Assembly (NCBI GenBank): GCA_951804945.1
Contig: OX638153.1
Span: 45,136,001-45,200,000, forward strand
Direction: 5' to 3'
Length of the DNA stretch: 64,000 bases
Origin: Podarcis cretensis
Lineage: Eukaryota
Shown: one piece after another, positions 24,701 to 36,923 of the stretch
Layout of the letters: every line of letters begins with the position of its first letter
Position numbering within the stretch: the first letter of the stretch is position 1
Translations under genes and position numbers: made by a program
Notes under the pieces: generated by a model
What the model saw: only the letters and a program-made list of their open reading frames with translations
The model's database searches: none
What the model was told of the DNA's origin: nothing

Positions 24701-27700
24701 GTGAGCCCTCAGGCCCAACCTTCACTGCAGCTTGTTCCTGATTACCGAAGTGTAGTTTATAATTATTATTGTAGGAGCCAATCCTAAGTGATGCAAGCAA
24801 GCCGGGCCAGGTTTGAGTAATACTACCAGCAAAAAAAGTGATGAACATTGTCACTTTAAATAATAGATGCCTCACAACCCGTACTTGTGGATCCTCCCTA
24901 CCTAAGACTTCTAAGTTACATTTGTGTCCATAGTATATTTACAACTGATTGGCTCAGATTCAAATTTGCACTTTTTAAATTTACTTTAGTTAGTTACCTT
25001 AATCAGAAAACTCTTTAAGCCGTGTATATAATAAATAAGATAAAATCGGTAATATTTTAAAAACAACAACAAAGACAGGGAATAGCTCTCTTTCTGCTGG
25101 ACCACCAGCCTGATAAATATATAATTACAACATTTACATTTGTCATCTGGGGGCAACCATTCCTTCAGACTGCCTCACTGGGAGAGATAGGAAACAGAGC
25201 TCATTTCATTAGCATTTCTGGAAGTCCAGCTCCATCAGGCACTGGGAGTAGCTTGTGGGCTGCCTTCTTCCTATTTTCTGCGTGTTTCCTCATCCCTTTT
25301 CTTGTCAGCTGCAACCATGTTTGTTTACACTTGTACTTACCAAGGTTAATGTTTGGAAACCAACTTCAAATCCTGGTTTGCTAATGAAAAGCTAACTGTG
25401 GTTAATGATAACCATTAGTCTCAGTGCTGATGTAATTTGACACCACAGTTAGTTGTGCAAAGGGAAGGTAGGTTTGAAGGAAGAATGAGGCAGCCCTAAG
25501 CCTCTTAACCATGGTTAAGGGATCAGTGGCATTATGTCTACTCAGAGCTGGTGAATGTTACTTAATGTGCACATCGGCTTGACCGACGATAACCACTAGC
25601 AACCTAGTGTTAACTTGGGTAGTGCTCATGCTTGCTGTATCCTACAACAGAAAAATGAGTAATGACAATGCAGGTTTCTAAATAATAATAAAAATTGAAT
25701 GCAAATGACTTCTCCTCACTTAAGGTGTCAAAATGCTACTCGCACAGTGACCAAAGAGTATGCACAGTTTCATCTTCATAAACCACATGCAATTTTAGAG
25801 ACAACCAGAATTGTCAACTCCTTGAATTATTTATTTCATCTTCCAGATGTAAAATTGCTTCACAAATTTTAATAAATACCAATCTTTGCAGTGTCCATGT
25901 AATATTTAGGAAGATATCTGAAACCATTAAATATGTGTCTTTTGTCACTAGAAACTGGTCTTCCCCATCTATGAAGTTGTAGCGGTGATACATGAGGATG
26001 TGAATAGGATGTTGATGAAAGGTGATGAATTATACTACTGAATTGTGATTAAATCACAAAGGTGCGAGCTTGACTCCCATCCTGCTTTGTTCTGAGCAGG
26101 ATGCCAGCTAAATATTAGCACCTGTTCTTCACATGCTTGCATCGCAGTCAACTATCCCTCACCATCCTTGTCCTTACACATGTTCTCCATTTATATAGAG
26201 AGCCACCTGCTCTAAATCAGCCTGTTCCTCATACAGGAATTCCCTCTTTGGTGAGGTCTCCCTCACCAACAACTTCCAAAGAAGATTTAAAAACATTTCT
26301 GTACCCGGGTGGGTGATTTTTCTTAATGTATCTAAAGGCGGTTATAATCCTAGTCTAATGCTTTAATGACAGTAATTCCAAACACTAAATATTTGTACAG
26401 TATTTAAAATGTTGGAACAATTTACCAAAATGAAAATTAGAACTATTTCATGAAAAAGTACGCTAAATACGTAACAGTTTCCTATTACAGAATGCTACAT
26501 TTAACCAGTATATTTTATATGAACTGTTACTTGTACCACACAGAAAACGGCAAACATTTGCTATGCCTAAGTGTCAGTTTACACTCCTGAATTTCTCCAT
26601 GTGATCATGTAGGTGGGTACACAGACCCAAAGAGAGTTGGTTTGGATTATGGTTTGAATGTGATCTGGTTGGATAGCAGGAGAAAGTGCTACAAAGGTGA
26701 TGGTGATGGTAACGCTCACGGTGTCAGCACCCTGTTCAACTTTTCTACATGTGGTTATGTGGATAGTTCTAAAATTACAGGTTTATGTATCAACCATCCT
26801 GCCTCATCTCCAGCAAAGTGCATGCTATTTGGTTCCCTAGAGAAAGGTACATTGTGTTTACTTTCAGATTTCCTGAGCTGTAGCAACAATTTCAAAATCT
26901 ATTCATTTATTTTGAATATATTTATCCTTCCATTTCTGGGCTCAAGGGAGATCACAGTAACAAAAATATTAAATGCAATCTAAGCTAGTAAAGTCAACTG
27001 AAAGGAAACAGCACCCACCCTATAATAAACAAACAGCCAAATGCCTTGTGAACCAAGAATCCTTTTTTTTTTTTTTTTTTTTGCACCCTCTTAAAACAAA
27101 ACAAAACAAAACAAAATAACAGCTCTGCACTTCCCCTAGGAGGGCACTCAGGACAGTTGTGATAAAGGCCTTGTTCCTTAAAGCGGATGTTCTTGCTTCC
27201 CATTGTGAGGGCATTTGGATCAGGGCCCAGCCTTCTGACAATAATTGCTGCCAGCCACATATGGGGAGAAGTGGTTTTATGTTGTGAGTCCTAGGCTGTG
27301 GAGGGTCTTAAAGTTAAGCATCTGCACCTTGCATTCTGTGTGAAAACAAATCGGCTGCCAGTGCTGTTGCAAAAGCTAGGATGTTCCTAGTAACTATTAA
27401 GAGCTTTGCAGCACCATATTGCACTAGCTTGCTCATATTGAGCATATTGCTATTTCACAGTAGCTGAGATACAGAGGGCTGCTTTGTGTCTTCTTCATGG
27501 CTTGGACATGCCTGAGGGAAATCTGCTTCTCCCCCCCCCCCAAAAAAAAAAAAAAATAAACAACCCCTCACACACTGGTTGTGTGGTTTGGGGGATTTTG
27601 GCTCATGTGTTCCTTTTTCCTTTTTCATGTTGACAAATGAAGCTGCCTACTAAATTTTGTTTGACATTTCTGAACAGTTGCATTAGGAACGCTGTCTACT

Positions 27701-28564
27701 GGCTGACAGGTATGCAGTACAGGATTGCTGCAATCTAAACATAAAAAGTCTAAAATATTTGTCAGCAAACCAGTAGAGATTATATGTTACAAAACTTCAC
27801 AGCTCATTTGCACTGGTGGAAAGAGCCAAACACACAGTTTGGGATACTTCCAGGCAATAGCAAAATTAGTGTCCTATCCCCACCCCAATGATCTATGCTG
27901 GCTCTAGCCTTGTTCAGTGCTAACTGTGAAGATACTTCGCAAGTGTTCAGAGTACTTCATGTGCATTGCCTCCTTCCTATCCTTGAAGTTCCTCACCACC
28001 CATGGATCAAATGGCTAGGCTGTGTATGAAGAGTCCATTCAAGGGGGGAAATAGTCTACTAGTCAACAGTTGCACAGGAGTTTAGATGAGTTTGGTCCCC
28101 TTTCCTACTTATCAACTGATTTGTATAATTTTAACTTTTTTGAAGTGGTTCCTTCGGAGCTGCCATGACTTCTGCTCTGGATTCTCAATAAATAAGTGAG
28201 CAAATTGAATAGCATTCAGTGCAACTAAACGCGAAGATATGGTAGAGGTAGCAAGCTAGCACACTGAGGAAACAACTTCTGTTTTGTTCCTTTGAGACAA
28301 TTTCAAGTTATTCTGAGAAATTGCAGCTCCCATTTGGTGTAAGAGTACATAGTAATTTCTTGGCTGCAATATATATTGTTTTTAATTAGTCACATGAGCA
28401 GTGTTGTCAAATGTAAAGTTAGGTCTTTGCCTTTGTCAACTAGGAATTCAGGAATTGTTAACACTGTGAAAAAGAAAGGAATGTTTGAAAGAAAATCCCT
28501 TCAAACTTCCAACAGTTGTAATCACTTCTTTGCACAGAGGGATTAGAAGTATTGTTTAGGCTCA

Positions 28565-28920
28565 CATTTATTTTATTTTTTTATTATTTTGTTAAAATGC
28601 TTCTATACTCACCTTCATCAAAGCAGTGAACAACAAATGTAGATCATGATGTGCAACAAAGAAGAAAAAGCAATACCATCAAAAGAAATAATAAAATAAC
28701 CCAAAATAACACTTTAAAAAAAATGCCTGTGTAGATTAAAATAGCTTAGCCTGTGGTCTGAAAGCTTGTAAAGCAGGCACCAGCTATGCCTCCTTAGGGA
28801 GGGCATTCCAGAACTTAGGTGCCACTGATGAAAAAAACCTTTGTAATTTTATAGCCCAGTTCCAATGAGGAAAGTACTTGGAGAAGGGCCTCGTCTGAAG
28901 ATCTTAAGATACAGGCAAGC
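28565..28920 (-). mobile_element. Old L2 3' fragment (smaller remnants near 23405-23575 +, 27125-27240 -, 57085-57160 -)
   Basis: gggagggcattccagaacttaggtgccactgatgaaaa resembles gggagggcgttccacaggtcgggcgccactaccgagaa of the intact L2. Confidence 0.6.
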
Positions 28921-30213
28921 TATTATGCTTTCTCTCCTCTTCTCTTACTAAGTGTACCAAGACGTCCCACGGTTCCCCCAAGTGGATTTGGGAGAAGGAC
29001 TCCATTCAGATGCATGGTGGGAATTCTTGGTTCAGATGTTATCTTCTAAGCATCTTTTGTGAGCTACCTTACATGAAGAAGCATGTGAACCCAAAGGCCA
29101 CTCCCCTTCATGTCTAGGACCCACTGTTTAGGACCCACCACATGCTTAGGACTGGGGTGTTAGAAGGTCATTGTAAGATCAGTTTGTAGAGAGCAATTTG
29201 GGAAATGTCTTAAATGGTTCAAGCTCCTAAACTCTGAGCGATTCCTGGAAAGGTAACACTTAAAGTTTTGTAAATATGTGCTCAGTTAAAAAACACAATG
29301 CTCCTATAAGCACAGCTGTGTGTAGTATAAACATAGGACTGATACATGAGAGAGAATATCCTGTTTCAGTGAGTTTGTACAGAGCAAATAAGGAATTCTT
29401 AAGTTCTGTTGAGAGTAGCGAATGAGAAATGGGATATCATGATTGACTGACCTGTTTCTGAAACCAGATCTTTTGGAGGTTAGTAGAAGTCTCCTTTAAG
29501 TATACTGTGGGTTTGATAGAAAGCTTTCTGCTTGGGAGATGGTGGAGGGAAGTCCTGTACGATTGTGCCTCTTTCCTGGTTTTCCCAGCTATCCACTGGT
29601 AAGACTAATTGCTGTTGTAGGCAATTAGAAGTGAACAAGGGTCACTTCATTGATTAATATGCTTCTTGCTCCCTTGGCACATCTTTGAATCTGGTTTAGT
29701 TGCATTCTGTTTGAACAGTAATGCTGCTAAGTGGAGAGTACCTGAGCTTCAAAGTCGGGAAATGTAAGTTATACCTTTCAGAGTCCTAAATACTGGTAAT
29801 TAATATAAAGCACATGAACCTACACATCTAAGAAATTAAAGAATTCTGTAGATGTTTGTCAAAGAATCATCAAATTGCCTGTGCTTCTGGAAACTAAAAG
29901 CAGCACACAATATTTATATTTACAATTTTTGTTACATTTGCTGTAAGAAAGCAAAAGTCCAGGAGAGGCAGCTTCACATGGGAAAGGTTTTTTTGTCATT
30001 ATTTTAAAAAGTTTTCCACTTAAAATACAATAAAAGACCAAACTAATCTTAAAAGGAAAGGAAAGAAACCAAAAAAAGAGAAAAAGAAAGAAGGGGGGTG
30101 AGTATATAATAATAATAATATAATAATAATTTATTATTTATACCCCGCCCATCTGGCTGAGTTTCCCCAGCCACTCTGGGCGGCTCCCAATCAGTGTTAA
30201 AAACAATACAGCA

Positions 30214-33200
30214 TTACATATTAAAAACTTCCCTGAACAGGGCTGCCTTAAGATGTCTTCTGAATGTCAGGTAATTCTTTATCTCTTTGACATCTGATGG
30301 GAGGGCGTTCCACAGGTCGGGCGCCACTACCGAGAAGGCCCTCTGCCTGGTTCCCTGTAGCCTCACTTCTCGCAATGAGGGAACCGCCAGAAGGCCCTCG
30401 GCGCTGGATCTCAGTGTCCGGGCTGAACGATGGGGGTGGAGATGCTCCTTCAGGTATACAGGACCGAGGCCGTTTAGGGCTTTAAAGGTCAGCACCAACA
30501 CTTTGAATCGTGCTCGGAAACGTACTGGGAGCCAGTGCAGATCTCTCAGAACCGGTGTTATGTGGTCCCGGCGGCCACTCCCAGTCACCAGTCTAGCTGC
30601 CGCATTCTGGATTAATTGCAGTTTCCGGGTCACCTTCAAAGGTAGCCCCACGTAGAGCGCGTTGCAGTAGTCCAAGCGTGAGATAACCAGAGCATGCACC
30701 ACTCTGGCGAGACAGTCCGCGGGAAGGTAGGGTCTTAGCCTGCGTACCAGGTGGAGCTGGTAGACAGCTGCCCTGGACACAGAGTTAACCTGCGCCTCCA
30801 TGGACAGCTGTGAGTCCAAAATGACTCCCAGGCTGCGCACCTGGTCCTTCAGGGGCACAGTTACCCCATTCAGGACCAGGGAATCCTCCACACCTGCCCG
30901 CCTCCTGTCCCCCAAAAACAGTAGTTCTGTCTTGTCAGGATTCAACCTCAATCTGTTAGCCGCCATCCAACCTCCAACCGCCTCCAGGCACTCACACAGG
31001 ACCTTCACCGCCTTCACTGGTTCTGATTTAAAAGAGAGGTAGAGCTGGGTGTCATCTGCATACTGATGAACACCCAGTCCAAACCCCCTGATGATCTCTC
31101 CCAGCGGCTTCATATAGATGTTAAAAAGCATGGGGGAGAGGACGGAACCCTGAGGTACCCCACAAGTGAGGGCCCAAGGGTCTGAACACTCATCCCCCAC
31201 CACCACTTTCTGAACACGGCCCAGGAGGAAGGAGCGGAACCACTGTATAACAGTGCCCCCAGCTCCCAGCCCCTCTAGACGGTCCAGAAGGATGTTATGG
31301 TCGATGGTGTCAAAGGCTGCTGAGAGATCCAGCAGAACTAGGAGACAGCTCTCACCTTTGTCCCTAGCCCGCCGGAGATCATCAACCAGCGCGACCAAGG
31401 CAGTTTCAGTCCCATGGTGAGGCCTGAATCCCGATTGGAAGGGATCCAAATGGTCCGTTTCCTCCAGGCGTGCTTGGAGTTGTTCAGCAACCACCCGCTC
31501 AATCACCTTGCCCAAGAATGGAAGATTTGAGACTGGGCGATAGTTGGCCAAATTGGCCGGGTCTAAAGATGTTTTTTTAAGAAGCGGTTTAATGACCGCC
31601 TCTTTCAGCGGGTCTGGGAAGGCTCCCTCACAGAGGGAAGCATTCACCACCCCGCAAAGCCCATCGCCCAGCCCTTCCCGGCTCGCTTTTATCAGCCAGG
31701 ATGGGCAAGGATCAAGAAGACAGGTGGTCGGTTTCACTCGTCCAAGCAGCCTGTCCACATCCTCGGAGGTAACAGATTGGAATTGATCCCATATAACAGG
31801 ACCAGACAGAACTCTAGCACTCTCCCGCCCTGGCCCTGCTCCCACTGTGGAGTCTACTTCCTTCTGAATCTGAGCGATTTTATCTGCAAAAAACTTTGCA
31901 AAAGCATTGCAGGAGATCTTGGGGTCCCTACCAGGCCCCGGTGGTACAGGTGGTTCCGATAAACTGCGAACCACCTGAAAAAGTCTCCTGCTGCTGTTTT
32001 CTGCAGATGCAATGGAGGCGGCGAAGAAGGCCCTCTTCGCCGTCGCCATTGCCACTTGGTAGGCTCGACGTTGAGCTCTAACCCGTGTCCGGTCTGATTC
32101 AGAATGAGTTTTCCGCCACCGGCGCTCTAGCCGTCTCAACGATTGTTTCATCACTCTCAGCTCCGGGGAGAACCACGGGGCTGTCCGGGCTCCATGCAAT
32201 CGGAGAGGGCGCTTCGGAGCCAGACAGTCAATAGCCCTGGTTAACTCCGCATTCCAGCGTGCCACCAGGGAATCAGCTGAAAGGCCATCAACTTGGGATA
32301 AAGCATCCCCTACCACTCTCTGGAAGCCAATTGGATCCATTAAGTGGCGGGGGCGGACCATCCGAATCGGTCCCACCTCCCTGCGGAGGGGAAGGGTTGC
32401 GGAGAAGTCCAGTTGCACCAGGAAGTGATCTGACCATGGCACTTCTTTTGTTTCGCTTTTAGTTAATGTCAGATCACCAACATCCGTAGAGGTAAACACC
32501 AAGTCTAAGGCATGTCCGTGGCTATGAGTTGGGCCAGACTTATTCAGGGACAGCCCCATGGAGGCCATGCTTTCCACGAAGTCCCGAGCTGCCCCTTGTA
32601 AGGTCGTGTCGGCATGGATGTTAAAATCCCCCAGGACAACCAAGCTAGGTGTCTCCAGGAGCATATCCGCCACGACCTGAAGCAGCTCGGGCAGGGAATC
32701 CTTGGTGCAGCGGGGAGGTCGGTACACCAGTAGGAATCCTGTACTGCCCCTATTGCCCAACTTCCAGAACATGCACTCAGAAAACTGGGTCTTCCCAATA
32801 GGACGCCTGGTGCAGACTAATGACTTCCTAAAAATCACTGCAACCCCCCCTCCCCGCCCACATGACCTGGGTTGCTGTGCGTAAGAGAAACCTGGTGGGC
32901 AAGCAGCGGCAAGGACAGGCCCATCTGCCTCATCCAACCAGGTCTCTGTCACACATGCCAGGTCAAATCCTCCATCCACAATCAGGTCGTGGATGGCAGT
33001 GGTTTTATTCATCATTGACCTGGCATTGCACAGCAACACTTTCAGGTCATGTGGGTTTCCCTTGCTGATTACTGTATCCTTCCAGTCAGGACCAGACCTG
33101 GAGGCAGGGATAGTCCTCAAACAACGACTAAACCTGCCTCCTCGGTAATGACATGGTCTGGTCTTAGCATAACTCCTCCTCCTGCCCGTGATCACTGAGA

Positions 33201-33279
33201 TCGGGTGTCCCAATGCATCTCCCCCTGTGGAACCTGCCCCACCCAATCTATTGGCTGAGGCCCACTCCCAGGCAGCCAT
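30214..33279 (-). CDS. LINE ORF2-type protein: APE endonuclease + reverse transcriptase (L2 clade)
   Basis: EN motifs CNARS, VTETW, YRPP, LGDFN, LDLVF, SDH. RT motifs QSGFR, LDLSAAFD, GVPQGSVLSP, YADD. L2-type C-terminus SRLDYCN...HITPVLRDLHWLPV...RAFSVVAPDLWNALP. No stops or frameshifts. Confidence 0.96.
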   Translation of the reverse strand: MAAWEWASANRLGGAGSTGGDALGHPISVITGRRRSYAKTRPCHYRGGRFSRCLRTIPASRSGPDWKDTVISKGNPHDLKVLLCNARSMMNKTTAIHDLIVDGGFDLACVTETWLDEADGPVLAAACPPGFSYAQQPRSCGRGGGVAVIFRKSLVCTRRPIGKTQFSECMFWKLGNRGSTGFLLVYRPPRCTKDSLPELLQVVADMLLETPSLVVLGDFNIHADTTLQGAARDFVESMASMGLSLNKSGPTHSHGHALDLVFTSTDVGDLTLTKSETKEVPWSDHFLVQLDFSATLPLRREVGPIRMVRPRHLMDPIGFQRVVGDALSQVDGLSADSLVARWNAELTRAIDCLAPKRPLRLHGARTAPWFSPELRVMKQSLRRLERRWRKTHSESDRTRVRAQRRAYQVAMATAKRAFFAASIASAENSSRRLFQVVRSLSEPPVPPGPGRDPKISCNAFAKFFADKIAQIQKEVDSTVGAGPGRESARVLSGPVIWDQFQSVTSEDVDRLLGRVKPTTCLLDPCPSWLIKASREGLGDGLCGVVNASLCEGAFPDPLKEAVIKPLLKKTSLDPANLANYRPVSNLPFLGKVIERVVAEQLQARLEETDHLDPFQSGFRPHHGTETALVALVDDLRRARDKGESCLLVLLDLSAAFDTIDHNILLDRLEGLGAGGTVIQWFRSFLLGRVQKVVVGDECSDPWALTCGVPQGSVLSPMLFNIYMKPLGEIIRGFGLGVHQYADDTQLYLSFKSEPVKAVKVLCECLEAVGGWMAANRLRLNPDKTELLFLGDRRRAGVEDSLVLNGVTVPLKDQVRSLGVILDSQLSMEAQVNSVSRAAVYQLHLVRRLRPYLPADCLARVVHALVISRLDYCNALYVGLPLKVTRKLQLIQNAAARLVTGSGRRDHITPVLRDLHWLPVRFRARFKVLVLTFKALNGLGPVYLKEHLHPHRSARTLRSSAEGLLAVPSLREVRLQGTRQRAFSVVAPDLWNALPSDVKEIKNYLTFRRHLKAALFREVFNM

Positions 33280-33539
33280 GACCCTCCCCCTTAAAAGGCA
33301 AAATACAAACTATATAATAATTTAACAGAATAATAATAATAATAAAACAGAACAGAACAAAACAAAACAAAGCAAAACAAGGAACAATAGTGCTGACTCA
33401 GTGCTTATCCCACCCCAAGCAAAAATAAAATAATGAAATAATATAATATTATAAAAAACAACAACCACCATTTAAAGTGCTGCAAATTAAAAGCGATTAA
33501 AACATTTAAAACCATTTTGTCCATTGCTGCCGGTAGCTG

Positions 33540-33791
33540 CTCAGGCCTCTTATGCTGTGGGTGTGAGTGCAGGCCCCGCCCCCTAGGCCGGATGGAGTTG
33601 GCAGGAGAGGGAGCGGTCCTCCCAACACTCACGCAAGCAGCAGCAGCAGCAGCAGTCGTGTCCCGGAGGCCTCTCTCAGGCCTCTTATGCTGTGGGTGTG
33701 AGTGCAGGCCCCGCCCCCTAGGCCGGATGGAGTTGGCAGGAGAGGGAGCGGTCTTCCCAACACTCACGCAAGCAGCAGCAGCAGCAGCAGT
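33540..33791 (-). repeat. Tandem 135-bp-period monomers at the LINE 5' end (117 bp duplicated, one mismatch)
   Basis: 33540-33656 and 33675-33791 differ only at ggtcct/ggtctt. Each carries a GC box (GCCCCGCCCC) and a (CAG)6 run. Confidence 0.9.
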
Positions 33792-34644
33792 ATTAATACT
33801 AAGCTTCTTATATCTTTAGTCCACACACAGAAGAGTGAATTTTTGCCCAGCTCTCACCTGTAAATCTATGCTATGATTCTATGCTACGAATCTAGGATTC
33901 CTTCCAATGGTGAAGGAAAATTCAACCATTTCATTTTCCTTCACCATTACCACCATAAGAAAACAGGCTCAAGATGGCCTTTATCTGTTATTCGCTTATT
34001 TCGCTTATTTGATTTGTATCACTTTTGGATTAGAGCCCCCAAAGCAGCTCAAGATGCTCACAAATACTACAGAAGGAGTCATTATGATGGTGTGTATTTG
34101 TCTTCCTCCTTCCCTTTCTTGGTATTCTCACACAGAGCAGTTGGTGTTATATGGCCATGGTAAACATGAGGATGGGGCAGTCTAGACAAATCTGAGCTGG
34201 GTGTGTAACAGTATTTATTCCTGACTTCCTCCCTCTCTTAAAGCAGATAACAAAAACATGCGAATTCTGAACAAAATCCAAACCTTCCAATGCAGACTTT
34301 TCCAGACAGCAAGAGAAACTGAGCAAGGACACATCCAAGCATCTCTGCTCTTTGACAAAATGATTGTCTACTCCTTGATACTAAGAAAAGGAATAAAAAA
34401 GTAGCTTCCAGAGCTTGCAGATACACCAAATTGAGCATGCCATCCCTTAACTTTCATAAGATTACTCCATATTCTGAAAGAAGCCGAACTCAGCAGAACT
34501 CAGCTGAAAGGATGAGTGAAAAAGTTGTGATTGGCAACACAGGGTGGAATTCAACTAAATTTGACCTGTTGAAATGAGTGAATATAGGTTAGGTCCATTA
34601 ATTCCAATAGGCATCAACAGCTGGGCATGCCTCCAGTTTTTGTA

Positions 34645-34861
34645 CAGTGGTACCTTGGGTTAAGAACTTGATTTGTTCTGGAGGTCCGTTCTTAACTTGA
34701 AACTGTTCTTAACCTGAGGCATCACTTTAGCTAATAGGGCCTGCTGCCACGCCGCCGCGTGATTTCTGTTCTCATCCTGACGCAAAGTTCTTAACCCGAG
34801 GTACTATTTCTGGATTAGCGGAGTCTGTAACCTGAAGCGTCTATAACCCGAGGTACCACTG
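34645..34861. mobile_element. Tc1/mariner-type MITE, TA TSD
   Basis: TA-CAGTGGTACCTTGGGTTA...TAACCCGAGGTACCACTG-TA. Confidence 0.9.
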
Positions 34862-35664
34862 TACTCAATCTGTTGTTGCGACCTTTGGTTTCTACTTTTC
34901 CTTGGTCATAATTATTAGCACAACTGTTTCTGGCATAACTAGTTTGTGGCATCTGCTTCTGGAAGTGCAGGGAAGAACAACACCTTTTTTAAAAGGACAT
35001 TCTGTGTCTCTGAGGATGCCTCTGAGCAGTTTCCTAGTGGAAAGTGGCTTTGCCTCTCGTTGTAAAAGTTATACCTGGCCTTCATGGGGGTACTTTCTTA
35101 GCAACCACTCCCACTGGAAAGACCATGGATACTCTCACTGTGATTACACCATGGTAAGCAGTTTAGATATTACAACTGGGGCAGATATCATTCACCATGG
35201 GTGGCATGTTATTTGCAGCATACGATTTTGATCAATGGGATAGGATTTTGTTATTGAGAATGGAAGGCAATTTGTTGGTGGTAGTTATTTATTCAATTTA
35301 TTTAGAAAATTTCTTAATCACTTTATATTCAAAAGAATCTCAAAGTACTATACAGAAAATAGAAATCAAATACAGTGGAACAGGATTTCAGAACATTTTG
35401 CAAATGTAGATGTAAATAATTGCTGGATTATTTTCTAAAATGAGTTTGAAAAGGACTAAAAAATTTTTGCAAAAAGATAGTATTCAAGATTTATAACAAC
35501 TCAAAATAGTCATTTAAAAGTATGCTGTCAGAATTGCAAGCAGCTTATCTAGCTAACTTTACAACTATCTGATAAGAATACATGTCACTTGTATAAAGTA
35601 AAATCTTACAGTGCCATGCCCAATGGCACAATCTAGAGAAGTTTAAAGTGTTTGTAGAGAGGGT

Positions 35665-36004
35665 CTAAACCACAGAGCCTAGGGCTTGCCGATCAGAAGG
35701 TCGGCGGTTCAAATCCCTGCAACGGGGTAAGCTCCTGTTGCTCGGTCCCAGCTCCTGCCAACCTAGCAATTCGAAAGCATGTCAAGTGCAAGTAGATAAA
35801 TAGGTACTGCTCTGGCGGGAAGGTAAACGGCGTTTCCATGCGCTGCTCTGGTTTGATAGAAGCGGCTTAGTCATGCTGGCCACATGACCCGGAAAAACTG
35901 TCTGCAGACAAATGCCAGCTCCCTCGGCCTGTAAAGCAAGATGAGCGCCACAACCCCAGAGTCGTCCGCAACTGGACATAATGGTCAGGGGTCCCTTTAC
36001 CTTT
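35665..36004 (+). mobile_element. Sauria SINE, slightly 5'-truncated, 7-bp TSD agagggt
   Basis: B-box ggttcaaatccc, typical body and cctttaccttt tail. TSD copies at 35658-35664 and 36005-36011. Confidence 0.92.
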
Positions 36005-36923
36005 AGAGGGTATGAACAATAAGTAGATTATATCATAGAGTCCATCTTTAATGGTCAGTGTGGTCGTCTTCAAGGCTGAAAAAGCCAAACTTCTCTTCAA
36101 TATAGTTCAAGTCAGGTAAAGAAAAAGTCCCAGTTTCAATCTGGAACATGTTATGACATTTCTTTCCACTTAAAAGGTGAACAAAGAATGAAATATCATG
36201 CCAGTTGTCTAGCTTAGTTTCCACAAAGTACCCTTCATAAGAGCTCCAAATCCTCCTCTTACTATAACAAGTATTAGAGGGGTGTTTTTTTCCATAGGAG
36301 TTTTATATGAAAAAAATAATAGCTTGGAGGAGTAAACATCACTTTGTGACAGGCTTTAGTGCTTTACTGCTTACTGGGCTTCAAGCCTGGAAGGATTTAA
36401 AAATCATTATACTTTAAGGGAAAGTTGAAGAGAAAAGAGGGAAGGGCAGGGGCTGTTCCAGCCAGCTGTTGTGATTTAGGAAAACACTTATATCAACCAA
36501 AAGAAAAGTAACTGAGATTGAGAGAGTCAGACAGCCTAGAAATAGCCATACCCAACAAGATTAGGACAAAATTAGAGCCCCAGTCTGGGTGAGCTTACTT
36601 CTCTAATACTACAAACATTAATAAAGACAAATCTTTGATCTTAGTGGATTGGGTTTTTTTAAAAAATCATCCTCCAAAACCTTTTATTACAAAACATTGT
36701 TCTTCAGTTTTTGATTGATTGCTTTGCAATATAAGTGGATGGTGTAGCATGTAATAATGCTTTGGCAAATAGACACGCAATGCAGCTGCCAGTTTTATTC
36801 TTTATGTTTATTTTTTGTAAAGGAAAGTTTCTTGTTCTAAAGAATCAATGCATTTTGTGGTGCATTTCCATATTTAATGTACAAGGGAAACTTGTCACCC
36901 AGGATTACAACAATGTTGTAGTT

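Larger units (their letters stand above)
30107..33791 (-). mobile_element. Apparently full-length, young L2-clade LINE, antisense to CTBP2
   Basis: Intact 1021-aa EN-RT ORF, CpG-rich body, L2-type 3' UTR with stem-loop and (TTA)n tail at 30107-30130, and a 5' region with tandem monomers. Possible short TSD agtat is uncertain. Confidence 0.93.

Noticed and set aside
30287-33068. Numerous short ORFs overlapping the LINE on both strands
   Set aside because: Shadow ORFs of a GC-rich coding sequence with no independent protein signature.
33540-33791. CRISPR-like or repeat-spacer array
   Set aside because: Only two long units at the 5' end of a LINE in a vertebrate intron; no spacer series or cas genes.
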